A program made the translations under genes and the position numbers. 33,580 nt of DNA, taken from an uncultured Clostridia bacterium. Lineage in GTDB: Bacteria; Bacillota; Clostridia; Oscillospirales; Acutalibacteraceae. The notes below the pieces were generated by a model. The model was not told the DNA's origin. It searched no databases and saw only the letters and a list, made by a program, of their open reading frames with translations. The DNA lies in NCBI GenBank assembly GCA_947629295.1, contig CANRDH010000001.1, forward strand, positions 1-33,580, in the 5' to 3' direction. Shown one piece after another: positions 1-7,806 of the stretch. How positions within the stretch are numbered: position 1 is the stretch's first letter; every line of letters begins with the position of its first letter.

Positions 1-291
1 GTCAGGGTATTGTCCGGAGGAGAAAAGGTACGCTGTATGCTTTCAAGAATGATGATGTTCGGGGCAAACTGTCTTGTACTTGACCAGCCGACCAACCACC
101 TTGACCTTGAATCCATTACGGCGGTGAACAAAGGACTTCAGAATTTCAAGGGAGTGGTGCTGTTTACTTCGCACGACCATGAATTTATTTCGACTGTCGC
201 AAATAGGATTATAGTTATAGAAAAGAACGGAATAAAGGATATCACAAGAAGCTATGATGAATATATAGCCGAAAGATACGGTGCGGACTGA
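1..291 (+). CDS. ABC-F family ATP-binding protein, C-terminal fragment (5' end lies outside the window)
   Basis: Frame 1 is open from base 1. It carries the ABC signature LSGGEK, Walker B plus ABC-F hallmark LVLDQPTNHLD, and H-loop TSHDHEF. Stop at 289-291. Confidence 0.8.
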   Translation, partial: VRVLSGGEKVRCMLSRMMMFGANCLVLDQPTNHLDLESITAVNKGLQNFKGVVLFTSHDHEFISTVANRIIVIEKNGIKDITRSYDEYIAERYGAD

Positions 292-318
292 GAATAAATC
301 GGTAAGGAAGTGTTTAGT

Positions 319-1017
319 ATGGGCAGGGCAGAGGAATTTCTTGACAAATACAGGGCTCTTGAGGAGGCTCTTTGCAAAAAATACGGTATGGACGAAAAAA
401 GCGGAAGTCCTATCATGCGGTTTATCAATGACAAAGAAAGCAGAGAGTACAAGGATAAGCTTGACCTTTGCCGTGAAATACGCAATTTTCTTTCGCATCA
501 TTCCGAATTTGGCGGAGAGCGTATAGTGGAGCCTTCTCAGGTTATGATTGACTTTCTCGATGAGGTTACGGATTATATCCGCAAACCGCCGCTCGCTATC
601 ACCCGTGCGACGCTTTTTAACGATATTATGAAAACATCGCCTGCGCAAAAGGTACAGACCGTTATGAAAAAAATGCAAAGACTTGGCTTTTCCCATGTTC
701 CCGTTATAGAAAACGGCATTTTTACAGGGGTGTTCAGTATAAGTACGGTTTTTACATATGCTTTTAGGAACGGTATGACCTCGTTGAATGATGAGATGAC
801 GATATCGGATTTTTCCGAACTTCTGCCGCCGGACAGACATGAAACCGAATGTTTTCGGTTTGTGGGCAGGGAGTCGACATTATTTGATGTCAGAAACGAA
901 TTTGAGAAAAAATCACGTCAAAGCAGGCGGCTGGCGGTTGTGTTTATTACTGAAAACGGTTCCGTCGGAGGACGTATCCTCGGAATGCTCACTCCGTGGG
1001 ATGTAATAAGCGAATAG
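319..1017 (+). CDS. CBS-pair domain protein with an N-terminal helical HEPN-like (RNxxxH) domain
   Basis: RBS AAGGAAG at 304-310 is followed by ATG 319; the track ORF opens at GTG 310. The C-terminal half has two CBS repeats (RLGFSHVPVIENGIFTGVFS and RRLAVVFITENGSVGGRILGMLTPWDVI). The N-terminal ~90 aa are helical and carry EIRNFLSHH, with RNFLSH at nt 481-498. Confidence 0.75.
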   Translation: MGRAEEFLDKYRALEEALCKKYGMDEKSGSPIMRFINDKESREYKDKLDLCREIRNFLSHHSEFGGERIVEPSQVMIDFLDEVTDYIRKPPLAITRATLFNDIMKTSPAQKVQTVMKKMQRLGFSHVPVIENGIFTGVFSISTVFTYAFRNGMTSLNDEMTISDFSELLPPDRHETECFRFVGRESTLFDVRNEFEKKSRQSRRLAVVFITENGSVGGRILGMLTPWDVISE

Positions 1018-1049
1018 AAAATATATTTGATTGACGAGGTTAGTTAAAA

Positions 1050-2150
1050 ATGAACCGGAAAAAGGTTTTGGTTGCAATGAGCGGCGGCGTTGACAGCTCA
1101 GTTGCAGCGGCGGTTTTAATGAATGATTATGAGGTTACCGGCGCGACCTTAAGACTTTTCACCAATGAGGATATAAAGCTTGACAGGAATAAAAGCTGCT
1201 GCTCTCTTGATGATGTCGAGGATGCACGATTTGTTGCTAATAAGCTCGGGTTTAACCACTATGTATATAATTTCGGGGAACGCTTCAAGGAATGTGTTAT
1301 AGATAAATTCAATAATTCATATATAAACGGTCTTACACCGAACCCCTGCATAGACTGCAACCGTTTTATTAAATTTGACGCACTTCTCAAAAGAGCGGAG
1401 CTTCTGGAAAATGATTTTATCGCAACGGGTCACTATGTGCGCAGACGTTTTGATGAGGCAACAGGTAAGTTCAAGCTCCTAAAGGGTTTTGACCCCGCAA
1501 AGGATCAGAGCTATGTATTGTACGGTCTTACTCAGTATCAGCTTTCAAAAACACTTTTCCCGATAGGTGAGCTTACAAAGGAGCAAACAAGGGAGATAGC
1601 CCGTAAATACGGACTGGCTAATGCTTCAAAGCCCGACAGTCAGGATATATGTTTTGTTCCGGACGGCGATTATGCTTCTTTTATCGAGGAATATACGAAA
1701 AAAAATTTCCCTGAAGGCGATTTTGTCGATAAAAACGGCAATATTCTCGGTCGGCACAGAGGTATAATAAGATATACCATAGGTCAGAGGAAGGGGCTGG
1801 GTATTGCACTCGGTGAGCCTGCTTATGTTATATCAAAGGATATAAAAAATAACACCGTCACGCTCGGAAACAATGAGGATCTGTTTACCGATACGGCTTA
1901 TGCGGGTGATGTAAACTGGATATCGGGTCAGGCGCCGTGTGAACCGCTTAGAATAAATGCAAAGGTTAGATATAATCAAAAGGAACAGCCGGCAACATTA
2001 TACCCCCTTGAAAACGGAGGTATAAAAGTAGTGTTTGATTCCCCACAGAGAGCTATAACCTATGGTCAGGCTGTTGTATGCTATGACGGAGATACGGTTA
2101 TCGGCGGAGGGACCTGTATGCCCGAACATTCATTGTATAAAACTACTTGA
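1050..2150 (+). CDS. mnmA: tRNA 2-thiouridine(34) synthase MnmA
   Basis: PP-loop VLVAMSGGVDSSVAA, catalytic-Cys context NPCIDCNRFIKF, DQSYVL and QDICF motifs. The 366-aa length is typical. Confidence 0.93.
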   Translation: MNRKKVLVAMSGGVDSSVAAAVLMNDYEVTGATLRLFTNEDIKLDRNKSCCSLDDVEDARFVANKLGFNHYVYNFGERFKECVIDKFNNSYINGLTPNPCIDCNRFIKFDALLKRAELLENDFIATGHYVRRRFDEATGKFKLLKGFDPAKDQSYVLYGLTQYQLSKTLFPIGELTKEQTREIARKYGLANASKPDSQDICFVPDGDYASFIEEYTKKNFPEGDFVDKNGNILGRHRGIIRYTIGQRKGLGIALGEPAYVISKDIKNNTVTLGNNEDLFTDTAYAGDVNWISGQAPCEPLRINAKVRYNQKEQPATLYPLENGGIKVVFDSPQRAITYGQAVVCYDGDTVIGGGTCMPEHSLYKTT

Positions 2151-2211
2151 AAACCGTAAGGTGATGTTGTATAATTGATTCAGAAATACAGTGATAAACC
2201 GGAGGATTAAC

Positions 2212-3465
2212 ATGAATTTGGACAGAAAAAATATAGAAAAAATATTGTTTATAGGAATAATATTCATTCTTGTTTACCTCGGACTTCAAAATATGAGCGT
2301 TGTTGTTTCGTTTTTTATATGGGTTTTGCAGGTAATGCTTCCGTTTATCATAGCAATATGTTGTACACTGTTCCTTAATGTACCGCTTAAGGCTATTGAA
2401 AAACGTCTTTTCAGAGCTAAAAACGGCAAACCGGTCAAGCCTATACTTGAAAAGATGCGCCGGCCGGTATCACTTGCTTTATCTATAGCTTTGTTTATTG
2501 CGGTTATAGGAGCATTTCTCATAATTATAATACCGGAAATAGGAAGAAGCCTTAATGCGCTTGCGGCGGCTATACCGGGAGCGATTAATCAGTTCAGGGA
2601 TTGGATTACTCAACTCGGAGAGGAAAATGAGGTCGTTAAGGACGCACTCTCCAATATAAAAATAAATTGGGATGATGTCACCAAATACATAACCAGCTTT
2701 TTACAGAATGATGCCGCAGGCGTGGTAAGCTATGCAATGGGAATGATCTCCTCAATTGTAGGTATTGCAATAAACTTTTTCCTCGGAATCGTCTTGTCCA
2801 TATATGCGCTTATGCAAAAGGAAAAGCTTTCCTCAAGTGCCAAAAAGCTTATTTATTCCATTTTCCCGGTAAAGGCTGCTGATTTTATAGTTGAGGTAGG
2901 TACTCTTACCAACCGCTCCTTTTATAACAGTATCACAGGACAGATGATGGAATGTGTTATCCTCGGAAGTCTTACCGCTTTGGGTATGACGATTTTCGGT
3001 TTCCCGTATGCCGCACTTATAGGGGTCATGGTTGCCGTGCTTTCATGGATACCTATGTTCGGCGTGGGAATAGGCGCTGCTATCGGTGCTTTGTTCATCC
3101 TGACAGTTGACCCTATACAGGCAATATGGTTCGTTGTGTTTATGATATGTCTGCAGCAGATTGAGGGTAATTTTATTTTCCCGAGAGTTGTGGGAAATAA
3201 TATGGGACTTCCGCCCATTCTGCTTGTTTCCGCAATTATACTTTTCAGTAATTTCTTTGGTATAGTGGGTCTCCTTATAAGCGGTCCGACTATGTGCGTT
3301 ATATATACCCTTGTAAGACGTTTTATGTTTACAAGACTGAGAGCCAAAAAGATACCTCATGAGAAATATGAAGTGAAGCCTGAAAGATTCAGACCGAGAA
3401 GGCGCAAGGTCAATACGAAAAAAAACAGGTTCAAGCTGCCTATGAAAATGAAAAAAAAGAATTAG
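2212..3465 (+). CDS. AI-2E family (PerM/UPF0118) membrane transporter
   Basis: GGAGG at 2201-2205 is followed by ATG 2212; the track ORF opens at GTG 2191. Multi-pass hydrophobic protein with the family-typical QQIEGNFIFPRVVG segment and a Lys/Arg-rich C-terminal tail. Confidence 0.8.
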   Translation: MNLDRKNIEKILFIGIIFILVYLGLQNMSVVVSFFIWVLQVMLPFIIAICCTLFLNVPLKAIEKRLFRAKNGKPVKPILEKMRRPVSLALSIALFIAVIGAFLIIIIPEIGRSLNALAAAIPGAINQFRDWITQLGEENEVVKDALSNIKINWDDVTKYITSFLQNDAAGVVSYAMGMISSIVGIAINFFLGIVLSIYALMQKEKLSSSAKKLIYSIFPVKAADFIVEVGTLTNRSFYNSITGQMMECVILGSLTALGMTIFGFPYAALIGVMVAVLSWIPMFGVGIGAAIGALFILTVDPIQAIWFVVFMICLQQIEGNFIFPRVVGNNMGLPPILLVSAIILFSNFFGIVGLLISGPTMCVIYTLVRRFMFTRLRAKKIPHEKYEVKPERFRPRRRKVNTKKNRFKLPMKMKKKN

Positions 3466-3511
3466 AACATGGTTTGGTTCGTCAATACGGTAAAAATACG
3501 GAGGGATAGGT

Positions 3512-6500
3512 TTGCCGAAATTTAAACGAATATGCAGCTTTATGCTCGCTATTACTACATTATTGGGAGGAAGTGCAATGTCTGTCGGTGCAGCCACAAC
3601 AAAGGAAAAAGAAAAAAAAGAAGAGGTCGTGTATGCTCATGAGCTTGATAAACAGGCATATAACGGCGACGATCTCGGGGCGGTTTATAAGAAAACAGAA
3701 ACTACCTTTAAGGTATGGGCACCAACTGCGGAAAGAGTCGCCGTAAAGCTTTACGCAACGGGAAGCTCGGAGGAAGAAGGAGCGGAGGAAATATCCACTA
3801 CTGTTATGAAAAAGGGTAAAAACGGTGTTTGGAGCCTCACCCTTAAGGGGGATAAGAAAAATCTTTATTATACATATCTTGTTACCAACGGCGGAACAAC
3901 ATCGGAAACTGCCGATGTCTATTCCAAGGCTGTCGGTGTAAACGGCAATCGAAGCATGATCGTTGACCTTGATTCCACAGATCCCGAGGGATGGGATAAG
4001 GACAGTCATGTTTTATACGACGACCCCACGGACGCAATCGTCTGGGAGGTTCATGTGCGTGATTTTTCTAAAAGTGAAATTTCCGGAGTTTCTTTGAAAT
4101 ATCAGGGAAAATACCTTGCCTTTACCGAAAAGGGAACTACCGTAGATAATAAAGGGGATGTTTCCACCTGTATAGATTATCTGAAAAAGCTCGGGGTAAC
4201 TCATGTTCAGCTTATGCCCGTATATGATTATGCGACGGTTGACGAAACAAAAGTGAACGGCGAGGAAGGTAACTGGGGCTATGACCCGAAAAACTACAAT
4301 GTGCCGGAAGGCTCATATTCCACGAATCCTTATGACGGAAATGTCCGCATAAAGGAATTCAAGCAGATGATTAAAGCTTTGCATGATGCGAATATAGGCG
4401 TAATTATGGATGTTGTATACAATCATACTTACACTGCAAAAGGAAGCTGCTTTGAAAATACCGTTCCCGGGTATTATTACCGTCTTAATGAGGACGGCTC
4501 TTTTTCCGACGCTTCGGGCTGCGGTAACGAAACTGCAAGCGAGCATCTTATGTACAGAAAATATATGATAGATTCTGTGCTTTACTGGACAAATGAATAT
4601 CATATAGACGGCTTCCGTTTTGACCTTATGGGTATACATGATGTTGAAACAATGAACCTTATACGTCAGGCTCTTGATAAGAACGTAAAGAACGGAAAAA
4701 AGATAATAATGTACGGTGAGCCTTGGGCTGCTGCGGCTCCGGCTACAAATGAAAAAACCGCAGTCAAGGAAAATGCAAAGCTCCTCAGTGACAGAATAGG
4801 AGTATTTAACGATAGTTTCCGCGACGCTGTAAAAGGTCATGTATTCAATGCGCAGGAGCCGGGATTTGTGCAGGACGGAAGCAATTCGGATACACTTAAG
4901 AAATGTATTCCGGCAAACACGGTTGACTCGGCTGCTTTCCTGAAGCAACCATCGCAGTCTGTTACATATATGTCCGCACATGATAATTATACTCTTTACG
5001 ATAAGTTGGTCATATCTACAAAGAACGATGAAAGCTTTGATGAAAGAGATGAAAATATTGTAGATATGAATAAGCTTGCCGCCGCTGTAATGATGACATC
5101 TCAGGGTACGGTATTTATGCAGGCGGGAGAGGAATTTGCAAGGACAAAGCTGGGTGACGATAACAGCTATATTTCCTCGGATAAAATTAATCAGCTTGAT
5201 TGGAATAACCTGATAAAGTATGCGGATTTGGATTCATATTATCAGGGACTTATAGAAATACGCAAGAATTTCAAGCCTTTCAGGGACGCTACTGTCGAAT
5301 CGGCAAAGAAAATTTCGTTTTCGGACACAGACAGCGGTGTGATTGCATATACTCTTGAAAATTCCATCACAAAGGACAGCGAATGGGGATATGTTGCCGT
5401 ATTGTTTAATTCGGGCGATGAAAAGGCAGAGGTGACTCTTAAGCAAAGCGGAAAAACCGCACTTCCGAAAAAATGGGAAATTGTGGCTGACGGCAGTCAG
5501 GCAGGGCTTGAGGGTATCGGAGTTATTGAGGGCAATAAGATTACGGTTGAGCCGAAATCCGCCCTTATACTTGCTGATAAGGAAAGCTTTGATAAGCTTG
5601 CTCTTAAATCGGATAAATGTATCGTCAATATCGAATATAAGGACAGTGAAAGCGGAGAGGTTATAAAGAAGCAGGTTCTTAAGGGAGCCGAGGGCGACGG
5701 GTATACCTCTGTAAGAAGCGACTTTCTTGATGTGGAATATGATTATATCGGTATTGACGGTGAAGAAACGGGGAACTTTACCAAGAATCCTAAAACAGTC
5801 ACCTATAATTATAAAAAATTTGACGGAAAGATTGTTACTCTTACAGTTAATTATATGAAAGAAGGGAGCGAATTTCTTCAGACAGGGGAAACCGAAGCTG
5901 CCGGAAGTTACACTGAGAGCGTCAGAGAGGGAAGTCCGTACAATGCGCCGATAAAGGTGATAGACGGTATGAAGCTGAAAATTGATAAATTCCCCCAAAA
6001 TTCATTTGGAATGGCATATCAGGATGATATTACAGTTACCTATTATTATGAAAGTATAGGTGCGGAGGATTTGGTAATACATTACTATGACGATTCGGAC
6101 AGAGACGGTGTTTGTGTGTATATATATGCGGAAACAGAGGACGGCGAAAAGGCATATACGGATAAGGCTCCCGGAAGCAGGATGACGCCTGACAGTGAGC
6201 TTGGAGACGGCTGGTACAGTATCACTGTCAAGGATATTGGAAATGTCAGCGGTTTAAAGGCAAAATTCAGTGATACAAAAGGTAAGAATCCTGATTCGAC
6301 AGAATATGATACAGCCCATGAAGTATGGATAGAAAACGGGGTCGTTACGCACAGAGGAGAAGTAAATGTTATCTATCTTGACGGTCAGGGTAATGTTCTG
6401 GATTCCGCCGTGCTCAGCGGCAGGGAGGGGATCGAATATCAGACCAAGAAGGCACAGTTTGAAAATATGAAGTTTGTAAGTGCTACCTCTAACACCGAGG

Positions 6501-6682
6501 GATTATATACCGAGATGCCGATATATGTTTTATACAGCTATGAAAAGCTGAAGATAACCGAGAAACCGGATGTTATGAGAGTGGTTATTGCTTTGTGCTG
6601 CTCATTTACGCTTACACTTACGGCTGCGGGAATACTGACGGCGGTATATTTCAGAAAAAAGAAAAAGTTAAAAATAAAGTAA
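3512..6682 (+). CDS. pulA: Type I pullulanase (GH13) with signal peptide, MucBP-like and starch-binding-like C-terminal modules, and a C-terminal TM anchor
   Basis: TTG start after GGAGGGA, followed by a signal peptide. Pullulanase motif NWGYDPKNYNVPEGSY. GH13 regions I-IV are present: MDVVYNHT, DGFRFDLMG, MYGEPWAA, YMSAHDN. Three MucBP-like repeats (VNIEYKD...TVTYNY, TVNYMKEG...TVTYYYE, VNVIYLDGQG...VLYSYE). Terminal hydrophobic helix VVIALCCSFTLTLTAAGILTAVYF followed by RKKKK. Confidence 0.9.
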   Translation: MPKFKRICSFMLAITTLLGGSAMSVGAATTKEKEKKEEVVYAHELDKQAYNGDDLGAVYKKTETTFKVWAPTAERVAVKLYATGSSEEEGAEEISTTVMKKGKNGVWSLTLKGDKKNLYYTYLVTNGGTTSETADVYSKAVGVNGNRSMIVDLDSTDPEGWDKDSHVLYDDPTDAIVWEVHVRDFSKSEISGVSLKYQGKYLAFTEKGTTVDNKGDVSTCIDYLKKLGVTHVQLMPVYDYATVDETKVNGEEGNWGYDPKNYNVPEGSYSTNPYDGNVRIKEFKQMIKALHDANIGVIMDVVYNHTYTAKGSCFENTVPGYYYRLNEDGSFSDASGCGNETASEHLMYRKYMIDSVLYWTNEYHIDGFRFDLMGIHDVETMNLIRQALDKNVKNGKKIIMYGEPWAAAAPATNEKTAVKENAKLLSDRIGVFNDSFRDAVKGHVFNAQEPGFVQDGSNSDTLKKCIPANTVDSAAFLKQPSQSVTYMSAHDNYTLYDKLVISTKNDESFDERDENIVDMNKLAAAVMMTSQGTVFMQAGEEFARTKLGDDNSYISSDKINQLDWNNLIKYADLDSYYQGLIEIRKNFKPFRDATVESAKKISFSDTDSGVIAYTLENSITKDSEWGYVAVLFNSGDEKAEVTLKQSGKTALPKKWEIVADGSQAGLEGIGVIEGNKITVEPKSALILADKESFDKLALKSDKCIVNIEYKDSESGEVIKKQVLKGAEGDGYTSVRSDFLDVEYDYIGIDGEETGNFTKNPKTVTYNYKKFDGKIVTLTVNYMKEGSEFLQTGETEAAGSYTESVREGSPYNAPIKVIDGMKLKIDKFPQNSFGMAYQDDITVTYYYESIGAEDLVIHYYDDSDRDGVCVYIYAETEDGEKAYTDKAPGSRMTPDSELGDGWYSITVKDIGNVSGLKAKFSDTKGKNPDSTEYDTAHEVWIENGVVTHRGEVNVIYLDGQGNVLDSAVLSGREGIEYQTKKAQFENMKFVSATSNTEGLYTEMPIYVLYSYEKLKITEKPDVMRVVIALCCSFTLTLTAAGILTAVYFRKKKKLKIK

Positions 6683-6718
6683 ATTATTTCATATAATGAT
6701 ACATTATTTCAAAATAAT

Positions 6719-6770
6719 GGACTGCCGCATTAGGCTTGGTAAGCTCAATGCGGCAGTCCTTTAATTTTTT
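6719..6770. terminator. Bidirectional rho-independent terminator between convergent pulA and the pcrA operon
   Basis: Perfect 13-bp stem GGACTGCCGCATT / AATGCGGCAGTCC (6719-6759) followed by TTTAATTTTTT. The opposite strand is also followed by A/T-rich sequence. A second small hairpin CTGCCG/CGGCAG lies at 6782-6802. Confidence 0.8.
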
Positions 6771-6824
6771 ACACTGAACTGCTGCCGTAAAACAGGCGGC
6801 AGTAACAGATAAGCATTAGAAACG

Positions 6825-7790
6825 TCAGTTATCCGTGTTACTCTGTAGGTGCCCTGAAAACGGAGACACGCAGTCATCCCTTGTCAGTGGTATTCCGCTT
6901 TGAAGCTTTCTTATCAGGTAAAGTGATTTTTCTTCGGCTTTGTCCGTAAGCTCAAAAAAGCTTTCACTGTGTATGCTGCCGTCGACGGGAGAAACCCACT
7001 GATTATGTTGTAAATTTGCGGGGTCTTCCGATAAATCTATATCTATATTTCTGAAAAAAACAGATACGATTGGAGGAAGTTTAAAAAGCTTTTCCAGCCC
7101 CTTGACAGAATTTCTTTTTAACGACAGCCTATCATTGAGAACACGCAGAGATATGCGCCAGTCAATCATTGCACGTATTATTTCATGCTCGTTTATGTCA
7201 GGAGCAATATCCGAGGCGGTCAGACAGGAGGTGAGTATTTCAGCCGTTTTATGATAAGCTTGTTTGTCCTTTGGTGAGGTGTCTTCAAGTCTGAATTTAT
7301 ATACCGCTCCTCTTCCCTCGTGCATAAGCATTATTGTATCGAGGGATCCCTCCAGTTTATTGTGATAAACCGAGCTTAGATTTATTTTTTTGGCAATTTG
7401 TGAAAAGTGACTGTTCGGAGAGATTACATCTTTCACCGTTTTTCCGTTTGATATTTTCTCTGCATAATCTACTATATACGGGTGGGCGATCGAATCATAC
7501 GCATAATGCGTTACAAAGCCGAAGGCATAGCTCATTGCCGCGTAATCCTCGGTTACCCTTGAATATTCGTAGAGATAATTGAGAATGATTTCCGCTTTTG
7601 TACCGTGCATGATATGTGATACCTTTGACAGACTTCTTAGCATCTGCCACGGCATCAGCCTGTGTGAAAAAAAGATATCGGGACCGTTTGCTCCCCACAA
7701 AAATATATTACGCTCAAGCTCGGGAATTGAGGGTGATATTTTTCGGAAAACTCTTTCCGCCAAAAGATAATGTGATATTACGGCAGGCAT
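6825..7790 (-). CDS. Zinc-dependent phospholipase C-like family protein (metal-dependent hydrolase fold)
   Basis: N-terminal MPAVISHYLLA, GANGPDIFF, HIMHG and GFVTHYAYDSIAHPY His/Asp-rich motifs are typical of Zn_dep_PLPC-like proteins. AGGAG RBS. The start lies 16 nt downstream of the pcrA stop. Confidence 0.55.
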   Translation of the reverse strand: MPAVISHYLLAERVFRKISPSIPELERNIFLWGANGPDIFFSHRLMPWQMLRSLSKVSHIMHGTKAEIILNYLYEYSRVTEDYAAMSYAFGFVTHYAYDSIAHPYIVDYAEKISNGKTVKDVISPNSHFSQIAKKINLSSVYHNKLEGSLDTIMLMHEGRGAVYKFRLEDTSPKDKQAYHKTAEILTSCLTASDIAPDINEHEIIRAMIDWRISLRVLNDRLSLKRNSVKGLEKLFKLPPIVSVFFRNIDIDLSEDPANLQHNQWVSPVDGSIHSESFFELTDKAEEKSLYLIRKLQSGIPLTRDDCVSPFSGHLQSNTDN

Positions 7791-7806
7791 TTTAACACTC
7801 CTACAG

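Noticed and set aside
43-840. 265-aa minus-strand ORF overlapping the ABC-F fragment and the CBS gene
   Set aside because: It is antisense to two ORFs with clear family motifs. Its product is basic and low-complexity with no recognisable motif, and it has no RBS context. Treated as a shadow ORF.
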